NCBI GenBank assembly: GCA_037443705.1
Contig: JBBINV010000010.1
Location: 1,224 to 65,223, forward strand
Direction of reading: 5' to 3'
Length of the DNA: 64,000 nt
Source of the DNA: Betaproteobacteria bacterium
Lineage (GTDB): Bacteria > Pseudomonadota > Gammaproteobacteria > Burkholderiales > SG8-39
The translations under genes and the position numbers were made by a program. Below, one piece after another: positions 54,202 to 62,685 of the stretch. Numbering within the stretch: the first letter of the stretch is position 1; each line of letters begins with the position of its first letter. A model generated the notes under the pieces. The model worked only from the letters and a program-made list of their open reading frames with translations, searched no databases and was not told where the DNA came from.

Positions 54202-54246
54202 TTGACATGGTAGGGGTCGTTGGTTCGAGTCCAATCGCGCCTACCA
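54202..54246 (+). repeat. Direct repeat copy 2 (attR-like): orphan 3' half of tRNA-Val
   Basis: A perfect 45/45 match to 53279-53323. It starts in the anticodon loop and ends with CCA. No 5' half of the tRNA precedes it. Confidence 0.9.
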
Positions 54247-54291
54247 GCTCCTCCTTGCCCACGCGGATCTGGCGGTCGGGGAAAATGACGC

Positions 54292-54552
54292 ATGCCGGAG
54301 ATTTCGCGCTTTCTCGGAATCGTCATCACGATGTACTTCAACGATCACAATCCGCCGCACTTCCACGTGCGCTACGAGGACCATCGCGCGATCGTCGGCA
54401 TCGAGCCGCTTGAATTGCGGGAAGGCGAGCTTCCGCCGCGCGTCGTGGGGCTGGTCATGGAGTGGGCGGAGATCCATCAGGCCGAGCTGCGACGGAACTG
54501 GACGACCCTCGCGGAGAAGGGTACTTTTCGCAAGATCGACCCTCTCGTGTGA
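54292..54552 (+). CDS. DUF4160 domain-containing protein
   Basis: 86 aa 'MPEISRFLGIVITMYFNDHNPPHFHVRYEDHRAIVGIE' is the canonical DUF4160 N-terminus. Confidence 0.85.
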   Translation: MPEISRFLGIVITMYFNDHNPPHFHVRYEDHRAIVGIEPLELREGELPPRVVGLVMEWAEIHQAELRRNWTTLAEKGTFRKIDPLV

Positions 54553-54563
54553 AGAGGCAGTCA

Positions 54564-54815
54564 ATGATCTGGATTATCGAAGCCAAGGCGCTGCCGGACT
54601 ATCGGCTGCAGGTGCGCTTTTCGGACGGCGCCGAGGGCGAGATCGATCTTCGAGGATTCATCGAGTCGGACGCGCGGCCGATCGTGAAGGCGCTGCGCGA
54701 CCGCTCGGCGTTCGCCGCGATCCGCGTGGAAATGGACACGGTGGTCTGGGCAAACGGGTTCGATCTTGCGCCGGAATTCCTGCGCGAGCGGCTGAAGCCA
54801 CGCGTTGCTGCGTAG
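54564..54815 (+). CDS. DUF2442 domain-containing protein
   Basis: 83 aa from ATG 54564: 'MIWIIEAKALPDYRLQVRFSDGAEGEIDL...VVWANGFDLAPEFL'. This family is the usual downstream partner of DUF4160 genes. Confidence 0.8.
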   Translation: MIWIIEAKALPDYRLQVRFSDGAEGEIDLRGFIESDARPIVKALRDRSAFAAIRVEMDTVVWANGFDLAPEFLRERLKPRVAA

Positions 54816-55010
54816 GAGGGCAGTCCGCGTCGCGAGGGCGCTCCGGCCTGTTCATGCGCGCTTGGTCTTTGGGGCCAATCGTGGCGAGCCGCCGATCCCT
54901 CCCGCGGCGCGGCATCGCGGCACTCAAGGCGCGCTTTCTGCCAGTTTCTTGCTCCCCAGGGCCGCAGACTTGATCTAGATCGTTCCCGGCGGTTGCGGCC
55001 GTGCCAATCT

Positions 55011-55037
55011 CCTCCTTCTGGCGGGGGCAGAAGGAGG
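55011..55037 (+). promoter_or_regulatory. Shine-Dalgarno-sequestering stem-loop in the kinase leader
   Basis: CCTCCTTCTG-(GCGGGGG)-CAGAAGGAGG is a perfect 10-bp stem. The 3' arm contains the SD AGGAGG (55032-55037), 7 nt upstream of GTG 55045. Confidence 0.55.
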
Positions 55038-55044
55038 TACGAAA

Positions 55045-56475
55045 GTGCCGCAAGCACTTTTGTCGGGTCGGTCGGCAAGCGCAGGGGCACACCTTCTGGT
55101 CGCGCTCGCGACCGCGGCCGTTTTCGTCCTCGATCTCCAGACGCCATGGGGCGTGGCGACCTGGATCCTGTATGCCTTCCCGACGTTCGTTCTCTGCTGG
55201 GCGTCGGGCACGCGCTACCTCGTCCCGTACGCCGGGCTCGTGAGCGCGCTCATCGTGCTCGACCATTTCCTTTCCGCGCCGCAGGCACCCGCATCGTTCT
55301 CGGTCTTCAACCGCGCCGCGGGCCTCGCCGCGCTCTGGACCGCGGCGTGGCTGATCGCGCGCCGCGAGCGCGAGCGGCAGGCCTTGCAGCAGCTGCGAGA
55401 CGGCCTTGAGCAAACGGTCGCCGAGCGCACCGCCGCGCTGCGCCAATCCGAGGAGCATTGCCGTCAGGGCGAGGCGCAGATGCGCTCCCTGCTCGAGCAC
55501 TCCTCGGACGTCATCGTCGCATACGACGAAAACCTGGACGTGGTCTATGCGAGTCCGTCCGTGGGCCGCCTGCTTGGCTACGAGCCCGCGCGGATGGTCG
55601 GCAAACCCGGGCTGGCGATCGTGCATCCCGACGACGCCGCCCAGGTGAAGGAAGTGTTTCGGAAGGTGCGCGCCGATGGAAACGCGGTCGAACGCTGCGA
55701 GGTCCGAACCCGGCACCGCGACGGAGACTGGCGCTGGTTCGAGATGGCCGTCAGCGCTTGCGCGGACGGCGGGGTCGGGCACCGCTTCATCGTAAACTCG
55801 CGCGACGTCACCGAGCGCAAGGAAGCCGAGCGCCTGCACGTCCAGTCGCTGGAGCGCCAGCGCGACGCGCTGGTGCGCGAGGTGCACCACCGGATCAAGA
55901 ACAACCTTCAGGGGGTGATCGGACTGCTTCAACGGCACGCGCGCGCGCGGCCAGAGCTTGCCGAGCTGATGCGCGAGGCCGTGGCGCGTGTCGGGGCCGT
56001 GGCAACGCTGCACGGACTTTACGCGGGCGCCGCGGTCGGGCGCGTGGCGCTGTGCGAGGTGGCCCAGGCCGTCGCGCGCTACAACGACGAGGTGTTCCCG
56101 GACGTCAGGATCGAGTTCGTGCGGCCCGCGGACTGGCGCGAATCCTGGCTCGACGAGCGCGATGCGGTCGCGGTGGCGCTCGTCGTCAACGAGCTGGCGC
56201 TCAACGCCATCAAGGCCTGCCTGCGCGAGCGCTGCGGCGAGCCGGTGCGGGTCGCGCTCGCGCGCGAAGGCGGGACGGTGATCCTCACCGTGTCCAATCG
56301 CGCCGGACGGCTGCCCGAAGGCTTCGATTTTGCCGCCTCGAGGGCCCTCGGAACGGGCCTTGCCCTGGTGAAATCGCTGCTCGTGCCCGGCACCGCAGTA
56401 GCGGTCCGGCAACTGGAGCCGCAGGGCGTCGAGGCCGAGCTGCGCGTCGCCGCGCCGGTCATAATCGATTCATGA
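55045..56475 (+). CDS. Membrane sensor histidine kinase, PAS + HisKA_2/HWE-type (PdtaS-like)
   Basis: 476 aa with about 4 N-terminal TM helices, a PAS domain ('MRSLLEHSSDVIVAYD...'), the phospho-acceptor motif 'EVHHRIKNNLQGVIGLLQ', and a C-terminal ATPase domain. Confidence 0.85.
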   Translation: MPQALLSGRSASAGAHLLVALATAAVFVLDLQTPWGVATWILYAFPTFVLCWASGTRYLVPYAGLVSALIVLDHFLSAPQAPASFSVFNRAAGLAALWTAAWLIARRERERQALQQLRDGLEQTVAERTAALRQSEEHCRQGEAQMRSLLEHSSDVIVAYDENLDVVYASPSVGRLLGYEPARMVGKPGLAIVHPDDAAQVKEVFRKVRADGNAVERCEVRTRHRDGDWRWFEMAVSACADGGVGHRFIVNSRDVTERKEAERLHVQSLERQRDALVREVHHRIKNNLQGVIGLLQRHARARPELAELMREAVARVGAVATLHGLYAGAAVGRVALCEVAQAVARYNDEVFPDVRIEFVRPADWRESWLDERDAVAVALVVNELALNAIKACLRERCGEPVRVALAREGGTVILTVSNRAGRLPEGFDFAASRALGTGLALVKSLLVPGTAVAVRQLEPQGVEAELRVAAPVIIDS

Positions 56476-57071
56476 GCCCCGCACGCATCCTTCTCGTGGA
56501 CGACGACCGGCTCGTGCTCGCCACGCTCGGCGACGAGCTGGCGGCGCGCGGCTACGAGGTTGCCACCGCCGCTTCGGGCGAGGAGGGCGTGCGCCTGGCG
56601 AGGGAGCGCAAGCCCGACCTCGTGGTGATGGACATCCGTATGCCCGGAATGTCGGGAATCGAAGCGACGCGGGCGATTCGCGAGGCCGGCGGCCCGCCCG
56701 TACTGTTCCTCTCTGCGTTCGACAACGGCGACGTCATCCGGCAGGCGGTGGCTGAAGGCGCGCTCGGATACCTCGTGAAGCCGGTCGGCGCGAACCAGCT
56801 CATCCCCGCGGTCGAGGCGGCGCTCGCCCGCGCCGCGGACCTGAAGAAGCTGAAGGCCTCGGAGGAGCACCTGCGGATCGCGCTCTCAGGGAAGCGCGCG
56901 GTGAGCGTCGCGACCGGCATCCTGATGGAGCGCCACCGCCTCGGCGCCGGGGAGGCGTTCGAGCGCCTGCGGCAATACGCCCGTTCGCACCGGCGAAAGG
57001 TCGAGGACGTGGCGAGGGAGACCGTCGACTCGTTCGAGCAAATCGCCGAAATCGGCAAGAAATCGCAATGA
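56472..57071 (+). CDS. Response regulator with ANTAR RNA-binding output domain (PdtaR/AmiR-like)
   Basis: 199 aa. REC domain 'ILLVDDDRLV...DLVVMDIRMPGMSG'. ANTAR domain 'ALSGKRAVSVATGILMERHRLGAGEAFERLRQYARSHRRKVEDVARETV'. ATGA overlap with the kinase stop. Confidence 0.9.
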   Translation: MSPARILLVDDDRLVLATLGDELAARGYEVATAASGEEGVRLARERKPDLVVMDIRMPGMSGIEATRAIREAGGPPVLFLSAFDNGDVIRQAVAEGALGYLVKPVGANQLIPAVEAALARAADLKKLKASEEHLRIALSGKRAVSVATGILMERHRLGAGEAFERLRQYARSHRRKVEDVARETVDSFEQIAEIGKKSQ

Positions 57072-57178
57072 GGCGCGTGGAACCGCGCCGGTCTGCCAAG
57101 TGTCTGATATAACATTGACATCCGGGTGCCCGCCGAAACCCTGCGGCGCCCGTCCCGAAGGCCCGACCCCTGCCCTAG

Positions 57179-60100
57179 ATGATCGTGCGCGCCGCGAGCG
57201 CGCGAAGGAGGAGCGTGGTCGAGCCGGCTGCAGCATCGAGCGATAAGGTCCAGGGCCGCCTGCGAAGGTGGGTGCCGCTTGCGGCCTTCGTCGCGCTCGC
57301 GCTGGCAATCGGCGGCGCGGGCTATCTCGTCTACCACCGGCTTACCTCCGAGATCAAGCGCGAACGGCAGGCGGAGCTGGCCGCTGTCGCCGCTCTGAAG
57401 TCGCGCCAGATCGCGAGCTGGGTCGCACAGTTGCGCAAGAACGCCGAGCACGCGATGCGTGCGCCGGTGTTCACGGTGATGCTCGATCGCTGGCTCGCCG
57501 CCGGCCGGCCGGAAGACGAATACAAGCGCATGCTGGACGCCCGGCTGGAGGATTTCCATCGTATCTGGGGTGTGCGCGCGGTGCTGCTGCTCGACGCGCA
57601 GGCGGGACTGCTGGGGAATGCGGGCTTGCGGCCGGAGGTTACGCCCTTTGAGCGGGGACTCGTCCTGGGTGCGCTCGCGGGCGGAGCGCTCGCGATGTCG
57701 GACCTGCACTGGGAGGGGGCGGAAGGGGAATCGGCGATCGCGTTCGACCTCGTCGCGCCGCTCGCGGTGGATGGACCAGAGGGGAAACGGAGGATCGGCG
57801 CGCTGCTTTTCAAGATCGACGCCGCCGAGCAGCTCTTCCCGCTCGTCGAGGCCTGGCCTGCGCCGAGCGCATCGGCGGAATCGTTCCTCGTGCGGGTCGA
57901 GGGCGACGAGATGGTGTACCTGAACGAGTTGCGCCACCGCAGGAACACGGCGCTGCGGCTGCGCGCGCCGCTCGAGACCTGGGAGCTTGCCGGCGCGGCG
58001 ATCATCAGGCGCAGCGGCGGCAGCGTGGAAGGGGTGGACTACCGCGGCGTGCCGGTGCTCGCCGCCGGCGAAGCCGTTCCGGGCACCGCCTGGCACCTCG
58101 TGTCGAAGATCGATCGGGAAGAAGTCTATGCCCCGGTGCGCAGGCTCGGGCAGCTGCTCGGCGTGGTCGTCGCGCTGTTCGTCGCGGGGGCGGGGGTTGC
58201 CGTGTGGCTGTGGTGGCGCGGCGAGCAGGCGCGGTTCGCCGCCACACGGGCGCGGCTGGAGCTCGAGCGCGGCGTCCTCGCCGAGCGGCTCGACGTGCTG
58301 ACGCGCCACGCGAACGACATCGTGATCCTCATGGACGAGGACACGCGCATCGTCGATGCCAACGAGCGCGCGCTCGAGGCCTACGGCTGCAGCCGCGAGG
58401 AGCTGCTTGGCCGTAGCTCGCGCGAGCTGCGCACGCCCGAGGCCGCCGCCGACTACGAGCGCGACGTCGCGCAAGTCGACGCCCACGGCGGGCACGTCTA
58501 CGAGACTGTGCACCGCAGGAAGGACGGCACCGCCTTCCCGGTGGAGATCAGCGGCCGCTTCATCGAGGTGGGCGGCCGGCGGCTGCGCCAGAGCATCATC
58601 CGCGACATCAGCGTGCGCAAGCGCGCCGAGGCGCGCATTCAGCGGCTCAACCGCCTCTACGCGGCGCTCAGCCAGACGAACGAAGCGATCGTCCGCATCA
58701 AGGACCGCGACGAGCTGTTCCGGGCGGTGTGCCGCATCGCGGTCGAGATGGGCGGATTGAGGATGGCCTGGGTGGGCCTCATCGACGAGGCGGGCGGCGA
58801 GGTGGTGCCGGCCGCCGCCGCCGGCGCGAGCGAGCATTGGTTCGCGCGCATCCGGCCCTTCCGCCTGCGCGGGTCGCGGCGCGCGCCGGTCGAGATCGCG
58901 CTGGGCGAGGATCGCGCGTATTTCTGCAACGACGTCCTGTCCGAGCTCGCGCTCGCGCCGATCCGGGAAGCGCTGCGCGAGGAGGGTTTCCTCGCCGCCG
59001 CCTCGCTGCCGTTGCGCCACGGCGGCCGGGTGGTGGGCGCCCTGACGCTCTTTGCCGGCGAGAAGGACTATTTCGACGAGACGCTCACGAACCTCGTCGC
59101 CGAGATGGCGGCCGATCTTTCGTTCGCGCTGGAGAATTTCACGAAACAGGCGCATCTGCGCAAGCTCTCGCTCGCGGTGGAGCACAGCCGCGCCGGGGTC
59201 CTGATCACGGATGCGCAGGGCGTGATCGAGTACGTCAACCCCGCCCTGACCGAGGCAAGCGGTTACGCGGCCGACGAGCTGATCGGCAGAACGCCTTCGA
59301 TCTTCAAGTCGGGCAACACGCCGCGCGACCTCTACGAGCGCCTGTGGGCCACCATCCGCTCCGGCGCGACCTGGCGCGGCGAGCTGCAGAACCGCACCAA
59401 GCGCGGCGAGCTGATCTGGGAGGAGGAAGTGATTTCGCCGGTTCGGGACGAGCGCGGCGCGATCACGCATTTCGTCGCGGTGCGCGAGGACGTCACCGAG
59501 AGCCGGGAAGCCGAGCGCAGATTGTGGAAGCTCAACCGCCGGCTGCTGCTGCTGTCGCAATGCAACGATGCGCTGCTGCACGCGAGCGACGAGAGGGCCT
59601 TGCTCAAGCGGATCTGCGAGATCATCGTGGACACGGGCGGCTACCGCATGGCCTGGGTGGGCGTTGCCGTCGACGATGAGGCGAAAACGGTGCGTCCGGT
59701 TGCGAGCGTGGGAATCGAGGAGGGTTATCTCGAATCGCTCGCGCTCACCTGGAGCGAGGCCGACCCGCGCGGCGGTCCCTGCCATGCCGCGATCTGCGGG
59801 CTGCGAGTGGCGGTCGTGAACGACATCGCCGCCGATCCGGACTTCGCCTACTGGCGGGAGGCCGGGCTCGCGCGCGGCCTTCGATCTGCCGCCGCGATTC
59901 CGCTCGGGGGCCATACTGGCCTGCGAGGTGCGCTCTGCGTGTATAGCACGGAGCCGGGCGCGTTCAGCGACGAGGAAATCGCCCTCCTTGCCGAGCTCGC
60001 GGGCAATCTCACTTACGGGTTGGCAGCGCTGCAAGCCGCCGCCGGACAGCGCGAGCTGAACCGCAGCCTCCGGATGCTCAGCCTGTGCAACGAGGCGCTG

Positions 60101-62611
60101 GTGCGGGCCACCGACGAGTCCGGGCTGCTCACGAGCCTGTGCGAGACGATCGTCAAGGAGGGCGGCTATCGGATGGCCTGGGTGGGATTCGCCGAGCACG
60201 ACGAGGCAAAGACCGTAAGGCTCGCAGCGCATGCCGGCGCGGATCGAGAGTTCATCGAGAGCCTGAGGGTGACCTGGGCCGACGACGAGCACGGCCGGGG
60301 GGCGCTTGGCAGCGCCATCCGCACCGGCATGCCGGTGGCGGTGAACGACATTCTTAAAGACCCGCGCACGGTGCCCTGGCGCGAGCGGGCGCGCGCCTTC
60401 GGCTTCGGTTCCGTGATCGGGTTGCCGCTGAGGCGCGCGGGCGAGGCGTTCGGCGTGCTCGGCGTGTACGCCTCGACAACCGGGGCGTTTCCCGAGACCG
60501 AGGCGGCGCTGCTCGCGGAGCTGGCGGACGACCTCGCCTACGGGATCGTGGCGTTGCGCACCGCGGCCGAGCAGGCGGCGCTGCACGAGAGCGCGAACGT
60601 CGGCATCACGTTCGTCCGGGACCGCACGATCCTGCGCTGCAATCCCGCCTTCGCGCGCCTGCTCGGCTACGAGCCGGCGCAGCTCATCGGCCAGCCGACC
60701 CGCGTGGTCTTCGCGAGCGACGAAGAGCACGAGTCGTTCGGCCGCGAAGGTTACACGAGGCTGCGGGAAGGCGGCGTCCACTCGGCGGACGTGAAGCACC
60801 GGCGCGCCGACGGCACGACTCTCTGGGTGAACGTGACGATGAGCGCGGTGGAACCGCGCGATCTCGCCAAGGGCGCCGTGGTGGTGGTGCAGGACATCGA
60901 CCGCCGCAAGCGCGCCGAGCGCGCGCTGCGCCTCACGAACAGCGCGGTCGAGTCTTCCGCCAACGGCATCATGATCACGGACTTCGGCGCGCCCGACAAC
61001 CCGATCACGTACGTCAACCCGGCGTTCGAGCGCATCACCGGCTACCCGGCCGCCGAGGCCGTGGGGCGCAACGCGCGCTTCCTGCTCGGCGAGGACACCG
61101 GGCAGATCGGCGTCGCCGAAGTGCGCGCGGCGATCCGCGAGCGGCGCGAGTGCGCCACCGTCCTCAGGAACTACCGCAAGGACGGGAGCCTGTTCTGGAA
61201 CGAGCTCGCGGTCTCGCCGGTGCGCGACGCCGACGGCAACGTGTCGCACTTCGTGGGCGTGATCAACGACATTACCGAGCGCAAGCGCTACGAAGAGGAG
61301 CTGGAGCGCCAGGCCAGCTACGACGCGCTCACCGGGCTTGCGAACCGCAACCTCGCCCGCGACCGCGTGGGACAGGCCATCGCCTACGCGGCGCGCTCGA
61401 ACCGTGCCGTGGCGCTGCTGTTTCTCGACCTCGACCGCTTCAAGCGCATCAACGACAGCCTGGGGCACGCCTTCGGCGACGACCTTTTGCGCGCGGTGGC
61501 CGAGCGGGTGCGCCGCTGCGTGCGCGAGAACGACACGGTGGCGCGGCTCGGGGGCGACGAGTTCGTGATCGTGCTCTCGGACATGGCCCGGCCCGAGGAC
61601 GCCGCGATGGTGGCGCGCAAGATCCTGCTCGCGGTGGCGCAGCCGCTCGCGCTCGCGGGCCGGGAAGTGAGCGTCTCGGCGAGCATCGGGGTGAGCCTGT
61701 ACCCGAAGGACGGGGCCGATTACGACACGCTGCTCAGGAACGCCGACGTGGCGATGTACCAGGCGAAGGAGACGGGACGCGACCGCTATCGCTTCTACAC
61801 CGAAGACATGAACGCGCGGGCGCTGGAACGGCTTGACCTGGAGGCGGCGTTGCGCCGGGCGCTCGATCGCGGCGAGCTGCTGCTGCATTACCAGCCGCTG
61901 CTTGCGCTGGCGGGCGAGGCGGTGAGCGACGTCGAGGCGCTGGTGCGGTGGCGCGCGGGCGATCGGGGGCTGGTGTCGCCTGGCGAGTTCATTCCGCTCG
62001 CCGAGGAAACCGGCCTCATCGTCCCGATCGGCAAGTGGGTGCTGCGCGAGGCCTGTCGCCAGGCGAAGGCCTGGGCGGACGCGGGGTTCTCCGGCCTGCG
62101 GGTGGCGGTGAACCTCTCGGCGCGGCAGTTCCGCGAGCGGGGCCTTGCGCAGGTCGTGCGCGGCGCGCTGGAAGAGGCCGCGCTGCCGCCGGCGCTGCTC
62201 AAGCTCGAGATCACCGAAAGCACGGTGATGCACAACGCCGAAGAGGCGGCGGCGATCCTCGCCGAGCTGAAGGCGCTCGGCGTCGGAATCGCGGTGGACG
62301 ATTTCGGCACCGGCTACTCGTCGCTTGCCTACCTCAGGCGCTTCCCGCTCGACCAGCTGAAGATCGACCGCTCGTTCGTGCGCGATGCGGTGCGCGAGGC
62401 AGAGGCCGCGGCGATCGTGCAGGGCATCCTCGGGCTCGCGAAGAACCTGCGGCTGGAGACCGTGGCCGAGGGCGTGGAGACCGTCGAGCAGCTCGAGTTC
62501 CTGAAGGCCGCGGGCTGCGACAAGATCCAGGGCTACCTCTTCAGCCCGGCGCTGCCTGCCGAGCAGCTGGCGGCGCTGCTGCGCCGGCACCGGGGCGAGC
62601 GCGTGCTATGA
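57179..62611 (+). CDS. Multidomain c-di-GMP signalling protein: periplasmic sensor, PAS and GAF repeats, GGDEF and EAL domains
   Basis: 1810 aa with two TM segments flanking a roughly 270-aa extracytoplasmic region and several PAS modules. Three GAF-like modules are marked by 'GG(L/Y)RMAWVG'. 'RLGGDEFVIV' (GGDEF), 'EALVRW' and 'DDFGTGYSSL' (EAL). Confidence 0.92.
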   Translation: MIVRAASARRRSVVEPAAASSDKVQGRLRRWVPLAAFVALALAIGGAGYLVYHRLTSEIKRERQAELAAVAALKSRQIASWVAQLRKNAEHAMRAPVFTVMLDRWLAAGRPEDEYKRMLDARLEDFHRIWGVRAVLLLDAQAGLLGNAGLRPEVTPFERGLVLGALAGGALAMSDLHWEGAEGESAIAFDLVAPLAVDGPEGKRRIGALLFKIDAAEQLFPLVEAWPAPSASAESFLVRVEGDEMVYLNELRHRRNTALRLRAPLETWELAGAAIIRRSGGSVEGVDYRGVPVLAAGEAVPGTAWHLVSKIDREEVYAPVRRLGQLLGVVVALFVAGAGVAVWLWWRGEQARFAATRARLELERGVLAERLDVLTRHANDIVILMDEDTRIVDANERALEAYGCSREELLGRSSRELRTPEAAADYERDVAQVDAHGGHVYETVHRRKDGTAFPVEISGRFIEVGGRRLRQSIIRDISVRKRAEARIQRLNRLYAALSQTNEAIVRIKDRDELFRAVCRIAVEMGGLRMAWVGLIDEAGGEVVPAAAAGASEHWFARIRPFRLRGSRRAPVEIALGEDRAYFCNDVLSELALAPIREALREEGFLAAASLPLRHGGRVVGALTLFAGEKDYFDETLTNLVAEMAADLSFALENFTKQAHLRKLSLAVEHSRAGVLITDAQGVIEYVNPALTEASGYAADELIGRTPSIFKSGNTPRDLYERLWATIRSGATWRGELQNRTKRGELIWEEEVISPVRDERGAITHFVAVREDVTESREAERRLWKLNRRLLLLSQCNDALLHASDERALLKRICEIIVDTGGYRMAWVGVAVDDEAKTVRPVASVGIEEGYLESLALTWSEADPRGGPCHAAICGLRVAVVNDIAADPDFAYWREAGLARGLRSAAAIPLGGHTGLRGALCVYSTEPGAFSDEEIALLAELAGNLTYGLAALQAAAGQRELNRSLRMLSLCNEALVRATDESGLLTSLCETIVKEGGYRMAWVGFAEHDEAKTVRLAAHAGADREFIESLRVTWADDEHGRGALGSAIRTGMPVAVNDILKDPRTVPWRERARAFGFGSVIGLPLRRAGEAFGVLGVYASTTGAFPETEAALLAELADDLAYGIVALRTAAEQAALHESANVGITFVRDRTILRCNPAFARLLGYEPAQLIGQPTRVVFASDEEHESFGREGYTRLREGGVHSADVKHRRADGTTLWVNVTMSAVEPRDLAKGAVVVVQDIDRRKRAERALRLTNSAVESSANGIMITDFGAPDNPITYVNPAFERITGYPAAEAVGRNARFLLGEDTGQIGVAEVRAAIRERRECATVLRNYRKDGSLFWNELAVSPVRDADGNVSHFVGVINDITERKRYEEELERQASYDALTGLANRNLARDRVGQAIAYAARSNRAVALLFLDLDRFKRINDSLGHAFGDDLLRAVAERVRRCVRENDTVARLGGDEFVIVLSDMARPEDAAMVARKILLAVAQPLALAGREVSVSASIGVSLYPKDGADYDTLLRNADVAMYQAKETGRDRYRFYTEDMNARALERLDLEAALRRALDRGELLLHYQPLLALAGEAVSDVEALVRWRAGDRGLVSPGEFIPLAEETGLIVPIGKWVLREACRQAKAWADAGFSGLRVAVNLSARQFRERGLAQVVRGALEEAALPPALLKLEITESTVMHNAEEAAAILAELKALGVGIAVDDFGTGYSSLAYLRRFPLDQLKIDRSFVRDAVREAEAAAIVQGILGLAKNLRLETVAEGVETVEQLEFLKAAGCDKIQGYLFSPALPAEQLAALLRRHRGERVL

Positions 62612-62637
62612 TTTCGCCACCCTGAAGGCACTTCGAA

Positions 62638-62664
62638 AGTGCGGCGCGGCCGCACTTTTTTTTG
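62638..62664 (+). terminator. Rho-independent terminator
   Basis: AGTGCGGC-GCG-GCCGCACT has an 8-bp stem followed by a T8 tract, 27 nt after the stop of the GGDEF-EAL gene. Confidence 0.85.
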
Positions 62665-62685
62665 CCGTCCGGGCTCTCAGAAATC

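Noticed and set aside
57072-57089. A hairpin GGCGCG-TGGAAC-CGCGCC immediately after the ANTAR regulator stop, considered as an ANTAR target or terminator.
   Set aside because: The hexaloop lacks the conserved A1/G4 positions of ANTAR substrates. There is no second hairpin at the right spacing and no U-tract for intrinsic termination.
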